Shown here: one piece after another, positions 36,779 to 50,320 of the stretch
Layout: each line of letters opens with the position of its first letter
Position numbering within the stretch: the first letter of the stretch is position 1
DNA from: Camelus dromedarius
Taxonomy: Eukaryota
NCBI RefSeq assembly: GCF_036321535.1
Contig: NC_087463.1
Location: 16,306,001 to 16,370,000 of the forward strand
Reading direction: 5' to 3'
DNA: 64,000 nt
The notes under the pieces: generated by a model
Told to the model about the DNA's origin: nothing
Databases searched by the model: none
The model's input: the letters and a program-made list of their open reading frames with translations, nothing else
Position numbers and translations under genes: made by a program

Positions 36779-36949
36779 TCAGTCCACAGGCTGTCGAACA
36801 GTCCAGTAAAAGTTCTTGTAAAACTTTGACATCCTTTATTTGTGCGAAGCTAAGTAAACCTAGGCTTGACCACATTTGTTCCCCGATGTGTTGATATTAT
36901 TCTTACCATTCGCAAATGAAACACTGCTGAAAAGTCCCACATGGACGTT

Positions 36950-37330
36950 GTTTTGCCGCATTACCGTGAGTGAGGCCTGATGGGGCCAGTCGCGGTTCAA
37001 GGGTCACCAGAGGCAGGAACTGTTGATGGTCTGGTTACTCCCAGCTGCCCCGGAGAACCCGGCACATCACGCGGGGCCGCTCAGCGGCGACACCAGGGTG
37101 ATCACCAGGCGCGGGGGCGGGCGGACGTGGGCTCTGGACAGGTGCCTTTATTGTAGTTTCTGTGGAAAAGAAAGGAGGCAGGAAAGCAGGTTTAGGCTTG
37201 GCTAATGAGAATATCAGCAGGCTCTGGAGGTGGGGGCCGTCCCTGGTTGCCTGGTACCCGGCCCTGGGGCAGTGAGGGGGGTCCTTTGGGATGGGGACTT
37301 ACTCTTCTGCTCTGGAAGAACTGACAGCGT
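36950..37330. promoter_or_regulatory. Small CpG-rich, promoter-like segment with overlapping GC boxes
   Basis: Local CpG cluster; GGGGCGGGCGG at 37114-37124 in an otherwise AT-rich region. Confidence 0.4.
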
Positions 37331-37345
37331 CGAAACTGGGTCAAG

Positions 37346-37390
37346 ACACCCCCCCCCCCCCAACACACACACACGCGCACACACACACCT
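37346..37390. repeat. (C)n plus (CA)n compound microsatellite
   Basis: 'acaccccccccccccaacacacacacacgcgcacacacacacct'. Confidence 0.9.
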
Positions 37391-37936
37391 CCCTGTCTTG
37401 TATAAGTTTCCTTTAAATTTTGTGGCAAGTCGCTTCCTATTTCATACGGATCAAAGTCCTTTCTATCTTGTTGAAAATGATGACTCTTTACTGTGTTAAG
37501 TCATAGTTAGTGGAAATCAGTTAAACAATCATGTATTATGTAATAGAAAGCAAATTGTGGCTCCTGATAGCAAAATGATGAAAAAGCGGGGAAGGCACAT
37601 AAAAATTCAGATGGAAAGGATAAATTCAGGGTAAGAGTGGCACATACATTAAAACATGAAAATTGAAAGCCTGGAGGGATTGGCCTAAGTTTATATCAGC
37701 ACCCCTAGCCCTTCCTCATCCCTCTCCAAATCAGAAGAGGCCTCTACGCCATGCAAAAGTAAATGATCATCTGGCAAGAGGACCTTCCCCAAGGCTCTCC
37801 ACTCTGGTAAAGAGGTGATGGAGGGGGAGTGCTCAAATTTATACCCACCTGTGACTCTGGCCATGCAAGTTATCACAGTGATTATGACCAGAGAAGCCCT
37901 TTCTACAGCAGCTCTCAGGAATACTGCTCATCTGCT

Positions 37937-38596
37937 TGATGCAGGAGAAATGGAAGTGGGGCGCAAGAAGGGCCATGTCCCAGGCTTTGGTTGAGCCCCT
38001 GAGACGTGCCCTGCCAGGTGTGGGTCCTTGGCTTCGTGCGAGAAAGAATCCAAAAGCGAGCCACAGTTGAGTAAAGGTAGATTTATTCAGAGAGATATGT
38101 TGAAGGGCAAGAGAAAGGCCACGAGGTGTGGGGGTTGAGTGCTCAGATTAAAAGTAGGTACACACTCCATAGACTGAGTGTGGGCTGTCTCTGAATGGAG
38201 GGAGGGAGAGAGAGACAGAGAGACAGAGAGAGAGAGGCTGCCGCCCTGAGGGGCAGTGCTGCCCATTTATATGGGCTTTGGTAGCTTCATATGCAAGTAA
38301 GTGGAAGGACCAGTCTAACTAGCCTGAGGAAGGGGCTGGGATTCCCAGGAAGCTGGCCATTTCCCCATCTTTGACCTTTTGTTGCTAGACTTGGGACTGC
38401 CTTGGTGCCTGTGGGCGTGTTATTCACCATGTTAATATATTACAGTGGGCATATAATGAAGCTCAAGGTCTACTAGAAGTTAAATCTCCCACCATCTTGA
38501 GCCTCAAGGCCTCCTGGGGGTTGAATCTTGCACCATTTTGATGTTAATTGCTGTAGCATTCCTTGAACGGCTGTGCCCTGCCCTCTTCCTGTCTCC
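37937..38596 (-). mobile_element. ERV1 solo LTR (MER41/MER4-like) with an internal (GA)n
   Basis: TSD TGCT (37933-37936 / 38597-38600); minus-strand TATA (tttatat 38266-38272) and AATAAA (tttatt 38082-38087). Confidence 0.8.
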
Positions 38597-39340
38597 TGCT
38601 CTTGGATTTACCTGAGGCACATCAGTCAGGGAGGGAGACTGACCAATTCAATATGACTTGAAAAGAAAGAATAGACTCATTTTAGAGATAGTATTGTAGC
38701 GGGAGATACACAGCATTTAATCGAAAGGGTAGATTTCTACCTTATTTCTAATATTTTTTCACATTCACTTTTTAATTATGTCCCACAATTTGCAGTTCAA
38801 TATTGAAATTTTCAAGTCATTTAAAATAGTTCATTGTGATTGCAGATTTTGGTTCTGGTTTTGATTTTTATTTTACCTTTTCTATTCAGTTACCTTGTGA
38901 TTTGAAATCATGTAGAATGTATTTTCCTGGTGTGGCTAAGTCTGCGTTGACGAGGCTTTCTCAATGAGTGTGGTAGGTTTTCTGGACACGGACGCACCAT
39001 CCTGCTCCTGTGGTAGTCACCCAAACGAGGCAAAGGAAACTGTGTAACAAACTATATCTAAGCTTTCTGAAGGCAAGGATGCTTGTCTGATTTGTTTATT
39101 TCCTGTGTGCGCTGCTCAGAATTGAGCATGACACTATTAGATCTTTGATGCTTTTATTTCCTTGAATGCATTGGAACCAATTTCACTTGTCTATAAATTG
39201 CTGTTTTGAAGAAAAGGGAAAAAAAATCAAGATTGAGTCAGAGGAGAGTCTCAAGAGGAAAATGTATGCAGCTTCAAATTACATACAAAAATAGTATTTA
39301 GAGGGTGAAAAGGATAGACTGGAAGCTGCAGTGTAAGAGT

Positions 39341-39864
39341 TGTTACTGAGTCGAGGCTCCTACTTTGTGCCACACCGTGGGCTGGTAAATCATGAGATGA
39401 GTTGTTGGGGCAAGGAATAGTGACTTTATTTGGAAAGCCAGCAGACAGAGAAGATGGTGGACTAGTGTCTCAAAGAGCCATCTTACTTGAGTTAGAATTC
39501 ACGCTTCTTTTATACTAACAGGGGACAGAGGGGCATGGCTGGTTGTTGCAAACTTCTTGGTGCTAGGACCCTTTGTTCTTAGCGCTGTCCAGGGACGTCT
39601 GTTCACAAGGTTCCTATAAACCTCCAAGGAGACAAATGTTATTCTATGTTCTGCAACTTTTTAATCTGCATATGGTTAGAAAAGGGTTACACCTTTTAAA
39701 GGTCAGAGCCTTGTGAATGGGCTATCCTGAATGTTTCAGGCCATAGGCAACATTCTTGTACAAGTAGTGTGGGGCCAGCATGACGAAGCGCAGGCAACAG
39801 AGCACAGAGGTCAGAGCTAAAGGAATGATCCAATATGGAGTCAGGTGTGTTCTCCTCCGTTGCA
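39341..39864 (-). mobile_element. ERV1 solo LTR (MER34-like)
   Basis: TG...CA ends ('tgttactgagtc' ... 'ggagtcaggtgtgttctcctccgttgca'), TSD gagt/gaat, minus-strand AATAAA in 'gactttatttgg'. Confidence 0.75.
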
Positions 39865-42659
39865 GAATGACTTGCAGTCAACTCTAAAAAAAGGATAAAG
39901 ATAACTGAACTGGTGCAGAATTTGGTAAGGATAGTTTTGCTGAAAGAGTGGAACATAAATTTCTTTTAAAAAAAGGCACTTGGCTGTTTGTTTCCTTTTT
40001 GTTTCCGCAGTGCCTGGAACAGTGCAGAACCTGTGGTTCACGTACAGTAATTAAGTGTCTCCTATGAGATTAAGGAAGGAGAGATAGAGAACACTGTTCT
40101 GAAAACAAATAGTTGAGTTCATAGTTTGGAACTCACTGACAATAACAAGAGAATGAGCCCAATAATGAAAAGGAGTGTGAAAACGTTGGTCAATGGGCAT
40201 ATTTTTAAAATAATAATAATAAAAACCATCAAGGATATTGATCAATTGGGAAGAGCCAAGAAAGGCTAGCCTGGATAATGTGGATCTCTAATTTATGACA
40301 TAAATTCCTTGGGTTTTTAAAATCAGCTCTGATAGCAATTTATACTTCATTACTGTTTTCCTTCTAGATCTGGGTATTTCTGTATCTATCTTCCCCCATT
40401 ATTGTGACTGCTTTTCTCTGTGGGCAAAGCCAAGTTATACTTGCATCTTTGAAGAGACAGTAATTCTGTAGTTGCAGAGTAATTACTTTTCTAACTTCCA
40501 TAGTAAATTTTCTCTTAAAACACTACCTACAGTGTGAAATTGAGTAGATATCTGATGGAGCTCAGCCCATTTATTTCTCCCCTCAAAATCATTAAGTTTG
40601 AGTCACATTGAAAGCTATACTGACATTAAATAATGCATTCTATTGCTTTCAATTGCTTTTCTACCTACTCATTATCCAGGGAGAAAAGCACCTCACAGTC
40701 CTTCACGTTTGGAGCCTGTGTGTTTTAAATACACACACACACACACATATACACATTCTTATACTATTTTATAATTAATAAGTAATAGCAACACAAAGAA
40801 GAGAACAGCTTGACTTATTGGGCTCTTGGGTTACAATAAGTAATTCTTGTGATCAGGGATGTTATTAGCAATTGGGTTTTTTGAGTGTTATTTAATTTGG
40901 CACTAATTTTCCATCACAAGTGCTTGCTACATTATAATTTATTTTGCCTTTCATAAAATTGTCTTAATTATACAGAAAATGTTAGCACTATGGTTGGCTT
41001 TTAATTAGCATATTCCAAGAAGAGAACTGAATCCAAGCTGGGATATACAGGTATTGATTTTCTGCCTTCTATGCCACAGGGTCAAATATAATGTGCATGT
41101 TGTTTGTATTAATATATATTCCTACCAATGGCATTGAAATCTGTCACTCTTATTGATTCCTGTTCTAAAATAGCCAGTGCCTATTGATTTAGGCAGAAAA
41201 ATTATTGGGATGGGTTTAGCACTTACTTGCCATGACTTACAGTCAATACCTGACCTATTGAGCAGACATTCATAATATTGCACTTTATGCATACCCACCG
41301 AAGTACAAAGCACGCAGAAAGATACAGTGGATGGGTACATTCAAAGTGGCCTGTAGACCAGCTGTCCTTGTGGGTTGTTTTCTGAATGGATCTCCAGCAG
41401 GGCTGGAGGGAAATTGTGTACAGTTGCGAGGGTGTCTAGCAAAGTGTGTGTAGCAGGAGCTACGGTACTGAAATATTATCCTGGAAGTGTCTGGAATTTA
41501 TAAGAAAATCCCCACACTAAGACCACTGGATATAAGGGACTTTCTGGGTTCCAGCTGACAATACAGGTAGGATATGGCTAGATGTGAAAACTCAGCAGAC
41601 ATGCATCTAAAAACTTCTTGGGTGATAAAATCTATTTCCTATTTCTCAACAAATATTAGATTTTATCCATTATTCTGAAATTACCCCACTCTCAGATAAA
41701 TGCAGAGCTAGAAAGCAGGAATACCATACCTTATGAACTCTCTGGAACCAGAACCACTCAGAGTTAGTCCTGTTCTAGCTCGACCTTTATATTTGTTTAA
41801 TTCTGACCGGACCTCAGATTTTCAGATTTAGCCTTTTGTCTTGTATCCACTAGTGCATTGCATTCCATGGCCTTGGAACTAACTAATATTTTTTGGCTGG
41901 TCTCTATTTTCTGATGTTAACCCTGATAATTTTACATAGCTTCTCCTGGTTATGGCCTGTCTGATGCCCATAAGAACCTGATTTTACAAATTCCCATGAT
42001 TTTGCACAAGGAAGAGAAGAAAACATACTTTCCATCTTCAGTAAAGCACTTGAAGGTGATTCTGGGGCAATGAGCAAACTTCAAATATGAAACTTTCGTT
42101 TCCAGAACTCCTACAATTTTTCTTGTTTCTTGAGAGAAGTGTAATTGGGAAGGAAAATTAGTTAATCTTGAGCAAGTCTGTCACTTAAGGTTCATTTCAC
42201 TAATTTGTGTAACGATCTTGATTTAAAGTTTTAAAGTTATACTAATCTGTAAAATCTCTATCTAACTACATTAGTAATTGAATCAAATTTTATTATGAAT
42301 TAGGATTTTCAGGCCTGTGGTTGTAGGCAGTTTGGTATCTGTGAAACACTTGGGTAACTGGTGGATAGATAATAGAGTCTGGGTTGAATCTTAATGCATC
42401 ATATTCTCAAATATTTAAGAATGTTGAATTTAGTTGTTCTTGGGTGAATTTCACTGTGTACATCCCCAAAGTAAGAATCTTCCTGGTGTCATCCTTTTAA
42501 ACATGATTCTCTCTTTTTTGAAAAAAATCACAAAAATGTGGGAGCATTGATCAAAAGCCAGTCTTTGGAGGTAAATAACCTTGCTTTAACTTGATTCCAC
42601 CAGTTAGTGACTCTGAACTTTGACAAGTCATTCAGTTTTTCTAAGGATATTTCCTCAGT

Positions 42660-43460
42660 GTCTTCAGGGACTGCAAATCAAAACCACAATGAGATACCAC
42701 GTCAGATCTCTTAGGACCACTATTATTTAAAAAACAAATGATACTGAGTGTTGGAGAGGATGCGGAGAAAAGGGAATCTTGGTACACAAATGATGGGTAT
42801 GTAAATTGGTACAGCCTTTATGAAAAACTACAGAGTTTCCTCAAAAACTTAAAAATAGAAATACCATATGATACAGCAATCCTATTTCTGGGTATTTATG
42901 CAAAGAACTGAAATCAGTATTTCAGAGANNNNNNNNNNNNNNNNNNNNNNNNNNNNNNNNNNNNNNNNNNNNNNNNNNNNNNNNNNNNNNNNNNNNNNNN
43001 NNNNNNNNNNNNNNNNNNNNNNNNNNNNNNNNNNNNNNNNNNNNNNNNNNNNNNNNNNNNNNNNNCAGCCTTAAAAAAAGAAATTCTTCCATTTGCTATA
43101 CATAGGTGGACCTGGAGGAGACTATGCTAAGTAAAATAAGCCAGGCATAGAAAGACAAATACTGTATGATCTCAGACTCACAGAAACAAGGAATAGAATG
43201 GTGATTTCCAGAGGCTGGGGGCAGGGGAAGTGGGGAAATGATGGTCAAGGGTACAAAATGTCAGTTATGTAAGACAAATTCTGACATCCACTATACAGCT
43301 TAGTGTCTACAGCTAATACTTAAATACAGTTATGTATAACTAGACATATCTATGCAGTTATAACTATATATAGTTATGTATTACATGTGCATATACAGTT
43401 ATATGTTGTACTTAAAATTTGTTAAGATGGTAGATCTTACGTCAAATATTCCTAACCACA
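42660..43460 (+). mobile_element. L1MA/MB ORF2 end and 3' UTR, spanning an N gap
   Basis: 'gcaaatcaaaaccacaatgagatacc...aaatagaaataccatatgatacagcaatcc...gacaaatactgtatgat'. Confidence 0.9.
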
Positions 43461-45946
43461 GAAATAATTAAATTACAAAGTTACAAATCAAGCTTACACA
43501 CCCATAAGCAAAAGTATATTTGTGGATGGAATATTTATTGATTCAAGACATTCCTTGCAGTCTGCATGACATTTAAAATGTTTTAATATTTGTTAATAAA
43601 AACAAAAATAAAAAAATAACTGCATGCCAGAAAAGGAACATTTCCACCATGCATAGTAGCTTTTTTGAACATTTCAGGTACCCAGATGTCACTGAAGACC
43701 AACAGCTATTAAAAGATGCTGTGAGAGATAACAAAAACATTGTCCACCTTGTGTCCAGCATCTGTGTCCCTTGGGGCTATTCAGTTGTGAATTTTGAAGT
43801 CTTTATTAACATTTCCCCTAAGGGCCAGAGCAAGAGATTAAGTAAAATATAGAGCAAAGTGATTTTTAATCCCACAATTGGCCCTAAGAAATTGTATTTA
43901 AACTTACCTAGAAGCAATGAATCTTTTTAACCTCTTTACAAAAATTACTCCACAGTTTGCTTAGTCATTTGTTAGGGTAATTTAGTTTATAATCTATAAG
44001 CAAAATTCTGTTTGCATAAGCATACACATACTCATACATGCACACACATATTTCTACTGTATGATCAGATTAAATACATCATTAATTACATAACGGATAG
44101 AGAAAATAGCCAAGTCGCAGGTCTTATCCAAGGATGGATGTGTCATTATCGTGCTGCTGACCCCACACACTCGCTGTTGTCCGTCTCTGCCAGACACGAG
44201 TCCCAGTGCCAGCGAGCCAGTTCTCCGCCGAACTCAAGAAGTGATCATCATCCTGTGTAGACGCATCTTCTCCCATCTGGGTCTCAATGAAATTTGATAA
44301 TTGTGTTACTTTTTTTGGTGAGAGAAAGCCATTTCACAGCATCACGTGAAGGAAGCAGTGCATTCACACTTTCAGATGCTGATCACTTGGCAGCATTTCC
44401 TCTTGGGCTATGAGGCAAGTATCCTTGGGTACCAGTGTGCTTATTATGGGCTTTCTGATTGCACTGCATTCCTAGACACAAAGTTTCATTTAAGATATCA
44501 GGTCAGATGTCTTCTGTGCTCCAGCAGCTTTTTTTCAGGACTGTTCACGAAATGGAAAGTTATTTCAATGTCACGTTTTACAAGAAAAAAAAGCTTTATA
44601 AATAGAATTTATTTTCCTGCAGGAGAATAATCACTTAAAAATGGTAATTATCTAAAACACTGAAAAATTCAGCCATCACTGAACAGGTTTCAGTCTTTTG
44701 ATATTAAATACATGGACAGGCTCTTAATAGCATTAGAAATAATGAAAAATTTCATAATTGGCATAACATTTTTTGTTGTATCAGTATTTCAGATTCTACA
44801 AAAGATTACCAAAATCAAAATAACAATTTATGAATGATTAAGCTTAAAAAAATAAATATTGCATATCCATAATAATGGGGATTAAAATGAAGGTCATTTT
44901 ATGTATTTACACAACATTCTTTGTTCTCTGGGTTTTACACATCATCAAAATCAGAATAAAAAGTAAAGAACATTTCTGATCATTGCCAAGAATTGCTTTA
45001 AGATTTCCAATTCTCTTGTTGGTTTTATTATAAGAAGTAAAAAAATCTGTGCTATTTCTTAAAGTCTAAAAGTTGTTCTTAACCAGATATACGCTACAGC
45101 GTTTACAACAAAAAGTCTATAGTTTCTTTATCAAATATGCAGATGTTTATTTTAATTTAATGTGGTGTTTTCGATTCAATTAAGAGTTTCCCTCAAGGGT
45201 GAACTGTTTTATGAATCAGTTCTGATGCTTGCCCACTTCTTACTATTTTTGATCTCACTATGTCCTTTAAAACCTGATGTATAACCATGTAGAAAATTTG
45301 TGTTGCATGTACCATTTGGGTCACAGTAGTCTTACTGTGTTTTTTTTTTTTTTCTCTCTCCTAGAAATGCTTTGATGTTATGATGATATTTATGTGGATC
45401 TATGGGTCATCCCCCTTGATAACAGACAATAAATAACAAGAATAATATAAACAATTTCAGCAGATCTATGTCCTAACTGAATTCATAGACTTCAATTAAG
45501 GAACCTCAGTTTATTTTTTCCCGTGTGTGGTGAATAGGCTTTACGCAAACAGGAAAACAGGTGAGCTGTTGCCTTTGAAGTGGATGATGGCCTCACCGGC
45601 TGGCACCTCAGTCTCCTCTTTGGCAAAATGAGGTGACTGAATGAGATGATCTTGGACTCCATTCCACCTCTGACGGTTTATAATTAAATGTAACTGTTAT
45701 AGTGATGTTGATAATAATTTCTCTGAAACAATCCACTTCAAACTGTGCTCTTCAAGCCATAGGAGTATTAGAAGGTGCTTAAGAGTTGTCACAAGGTTAT
45801 TAATCAATTAACTGGATTTAAGACTGCTCAGAACAGTTCCTCTCAAACTTGCTTAATATATTAATGCATTCATGTGTGAGTACATTTAAAGAATATAGAG
45901 ACAGAACACATATGTATGTGTGGATGTTTGCATGTGTGTCTACGCA

Positions 45947-46050
45947 TGCTGTCCAGTATGGCAGCCGTTAGCCACCTGAGGCTGCTGAGCTCTTGAAATG
46001 TGACCAGTGAGACTGAGGAACTGAATTTTTATTTAATTTAATTTTAATTT
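45947..46050. mobile_element. MER3/MER33-like hAT-Charlie fragment
   Basis: 'gctgtccagtatggcagccgttagccacctgaggctgctgagctcttgaaatgtgaccagtgagactgaggaactgaattttt'. Confidence 0.75.
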
Positions 46051-46139
46051 AGATTATTTTCTAAGATGTTGGACAGGACAGCAATAGGATTTTTTGAGCT
46101 AAATAAACTGGCCACAATTTCTTATTATAAGCCATTTCT

Positions 46140-46405
46140 TTTCTTTTAAGTTTTAGTCCCCAATTTACTTTTTATTTATACTCATTCTATTTACTTATTA
46201 AGATATAATTCACATATAACATATATTAGTTTTAGGGGTACAACATAATGATTTGATATTTGTATATATTGCAAAATGATCACAATATAAAATGCTAAAT
46301 AAGTCCTGGGGGATGTAATGTGCAGCATGATGACTATGGTTAATAATACTGTACTGCAAATTTAAAAGTTGCTAACATAATAGATCTTAAAAGTTCTTAT
46401 TATTA
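46140..46405 (-). mobile_element. L1MA-type 3' fragment with a 5' inversion
   Basis: Antisense extreme 3' end (about 46190-46287) joined to a sense upstream segment 'taagtcctgggggatgtaatgtgcagcatgatgactatggttaataatactg'. Confidence 0.7.
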
Positions 46406-46547
46406 GCAATCTTTAAACATTAGCTGAAGACTAATTAAAAGAGTTACTTTATAGGCAATTTAAGCATCAAATGAATAATTGTACTGGGTAACTGAATTCC
46501 ACTTCATACTTAAAATCCTGAAATTCTTTTGCTCAGATTATGAAACG

Positions 46548-46755
46548 AGCACAGACGTTAAATCAGACAAATCCTGCTTGAATTCTAGCTTTCCAGCTTG
46601 GTAGCAGAGGGTCATATCTACAGGTGAGTTACTAACATCTGTAACCCTCAGCTTCTTTGGTCAAGTGAGGACAAAAATTCCAATCTCACAGGACTGCTGT
46701 GTAGATTAAGGAAAATAATACATATGGAATCCCTGATGCAGTGCCTCATGAAATC
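46548..46755 (+). mobile_element. MIR SINE
   Basis: 'gagcacagacgttaaatcagacaaatcctgcttgaattctagc...ctcacaggactgctgtgtagattaag'. Confidence 0.7.
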
Positions 46756-49492
46756 GATTTTCTACAGATGTTATTTCACCTTTCTATGAGTTATAGAACA
46801 TGTAACTGAGGCATGTTTAATTCATCTTTTCAAATGTATAGGTAAATTACATCTTTAACTAGCGTTGAAGATGGAAAAAATAAAAATGATAAAAATCTGT
46901 TAAACTAGAGTTTTACTTCTCCAGTTGTGACTTCTAATTTGATGACTAATTGTCCAGGTATATCCCAAGACTGGGGAAACAAGGAAATGGAGAACAAAGA
47001 TCTCCTGTTGCAGTTTAATATAAAGAGTACAGATTTGAATCTTGTAAGTATATCCACTGCCACTAGCCATAATGCAGCTGCCAAGCCTAGAAGATGCTTG
47101 TCATTGAGTCTTTGAAGGCTTGCGCATATGCTGTTGTGGGTACACAATTCCTTTCTCCACTTGGCCTCTTCTCCAGCAGGTATATATCAACTTTAGTGGT
47201 GGCAAACTGACATCTCAGGAAGAGAGTTCAGGTAAACAGCACTGTGACGGGTGCTGTCCAGAATCGACCATAGGCGGACAGTCTTTTTAAATTAGAAAGC
47301 TACTTCTTGAGCAAAATTCTGAGTAAGGAACACTGAAAGGAGACTCTATTTTCTATTACCTATTAAATTTAATGCTCTAAGCATGCCCTGATATCCACAA
47401 ATGTGAGACCTGAACACAAATTTATAGGTTATGTATATTTTCCACTTATTCTTGATACTAAATTCCAGTTCACAGACTTGTACCCTAAATGCTTAAGAAA
47501 AAACAGTTCAGAAATTTTACTCTAGGTGATATATTCCTGTGTTCCACAAAAAAACTGAATTTCCTTGTAGTTGAAAATCAGGAGTATAAAATATAATTTT
47601 GTTTTATAGTACCTGGTTATATACTTCTTCCTTTGGAAAGGACTGTTATTTCTATATTTCTTCGGATAACTTCAAAACCTAAGTGCTAAACTCGTCCCTT
47701 GGGACTCTCTTTGAAACCATTTGGCATAAAACAGATTTGTTCAATGAATCTCAATAGACTCACAAAACATTTTACTAGGTCAACAAAAAGTAATATTTTT
47801 ATGCTGGAGGAACAGTGCCTCTCAGAGGACTAATAAAGGTCCAGACTTGTTTTACCACTAAAGATGTATTAGTAATTAGTGGCCTGTTTACAGAGGGAGA
47901 CTTGCACTGACATTTGGGAAGGTGTGTCTAAGAAGACAGTTCCAATTGACTTCCAAATGCAAAATGGCCCCACGGTAAACTGCTGATTTACCAAGATGAC
48001 TTGTATGTAAACATCCTGGGCATCTTCTGAGGCGGCCTGACCTGTAGAGAACCTGTCTGTCTAATTCTGAGGCTCTGCAAAACTACACAATGCAAAGGCC
48101 CCTGCTTATTCTAAAAACAGTGAGTATAATTAGTCTTGAAAATCAATGTTTCCATTTATCAGGATGACAAAATAACTTGTTAAAATAGTATGCTTAATTT
48201 ACATATCCAAGAGGTAACAAAAGCTTCATCTACCATTTATTTGATTATATCCTTTTAGGAGAAAAAAATGCAGTTCATTGGCCGTCTGCCATGCTCTAAA
48301 ATATAGGACGTAATTAGAACCATACTGTTGTCATGTTTTCATAGCAAAATACAATCTGCTTTCAGACTGAATACACCATTATCTTATCTGGAGCTGCTTT
48401 ATTCATAATTATTATGATATTTATGCCTATGGGTGAAATTAATAAAATATGAATTAATTGAAAATGAATTTCACATATAGCATCTTATTTAGAAATACAA
48501 CAAAAATGTTTAGAAATTAGACAACAAAATGTTTAGAAATCAAAAATGTTCAAAAATTAAAATAAATATTATATGTACATATGCATATATGTAAAAATCC
48601 TTTACTTTTTTGTATAGGGCAAAAATAATATGCAACAGTAAATGTTATTTTTTAACATAATTAATGCCAGTGACATATCCATAACTAACTTTTTCAAGTG
48701 ATATGAAACAATAGTAATTTAAAGAATTTTACTCCAAATTATAGTAATTCAATTTCCCCACCTACAAAAGATTTTACTGGAATTATACCATTATTAAAAT
48801 ATTTTGAGGGCTAAAAGCAAAAACCTAACCAACTAATGAGAAAATATGAAAAATTTAAAGAAAGGTATGAACTTATGTGTCTATTGCTACATTATTTCTA
48901 CATTTCATCTTTGGATGTAGGTTACACTTTTTTTTCATTTTAAAACAAAGTTCCTATGCCATTTGTTTATTCTCCTAAGACACAAAGTAATACTAATCTG
49001 TTTAGTTTTCAATCATCATATCATGTTCAATTCACTCAGATCCTTTGTGGATACTAATTCTGCCTCAATCATCTGATTCCCCAAACCAAAAATGTTGCAA
49101 GCCTTTAAAATTTTTTCCAGTAATAGGTGAATTTGTCAAGAAACTGGAATATTTGAAATCACTGACACCAGTGCATTCTTTCCTGGTAGACAGACCTACC
49201 TGGGAAGAAGCTTACTACAAGAAATTAGCTTTAGTAGCATGACCTTAGAATCAAGGATGGTAATTTTTGGCATCAGGATAAAATAGCATCATAATATGGT
49301 GCTATTTATAATGGAAAATGAGAATTTAATTACATTTCAAATCAATAAATACTTATTGAATAGATGCATTGAGCTGGTCTCCTGTCTTCCAGACACTATT
49401 TTAAGAGCTGAAAAACCAATAATGAATAAGACCTAAATGGTCACCTTCCTTACAAAGTTTGCATCTTCACAAGGAAGAGAAAACCAGAAATT

Positions 49493-50320
49493 NNNNNNNN
49501 NNNNNNNNNNNNNNNNNNNNNNNNNNNNNNNNNNNNNNNNNNNNNNNNNNNNNNNNNNNNNNNNNNNNNNNNNNNNNNNNNNNNNNNNNNNNNNNNNNNN
49601 NNNNNNNNNNNNNNNNNNNNNNNNNNNNNNNNNNNNTGCTGGGAATGTAATTTGGTACAGCAGCCACTGTGGAAAACAGTAGGGAGTTTTCTCAAAAAAC
49701 TAAAAATAGAACTACTGTATGACCCAGCAATACCACTCCTGGGTGTAGATCCCAAAAAACCCAAAAACACTAAATCAAAAAGACAGATGCACTTCAACAT
49801 TCATAGCANNNNNNNNNNNNNNNNNNNNNNNNNNNNNNNNNNNNNNNNNNNNNNNNNNNNNNNNNNNNNNNNNNNNNNNNNNNNNNNNNNNNNNNNNNNN
49901 NNNNNNNNNNNNNNNNNNNNNNNNNNNNNNNNNNNNNNNNNNNNNNNNNNNNNNNNNNNNNNNNNNNNNGTTTGCGGCAACAAGGATGGACTTGGAGGAC
50001 ATTATGCTTAGTGAAATAAGTCAGAGAAAGGTAAATACTGTATGATATTGCTTATATGTGGAATCTAAAAAGATACATCAAATAGTGACTATAATAAAAA
50101 AGAAGCAGACCCACAGATACAGAGAACAATCTAGTGGTTACCAGTGGGGAGATGGGGGAGGGGCAACATCGGGGTGGGAGAGTGGGCGGTACAAACTACT
50201 GGCTGTACGACAGGCTCTAGGAAGTATTGTACCACGCAGGGAATATAACCAATATTAACTTCAAATAGAAAGTAATCTTTCAAAATCATATAAAGAATTA
50301 AAAAAATTTAAAAATGAAAC
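49493..50320 (+). mobile_element. L1MA-type ORF2 end and 3' UTR with two N gaps
   Basis: ORF 49652-50011 reads [29 protein letters not shown] (L1 ORF2 C-terminus), followed by a typical 3'UTR. Confidence 0.9.

Noticed and set aside
41392-41408. CTCF-like ccagcagggctgg and similar partial motifs (e.g. 37004-37016)
   Set aside because: They lack the GG(C/T)(A/G) 3' core spacing.
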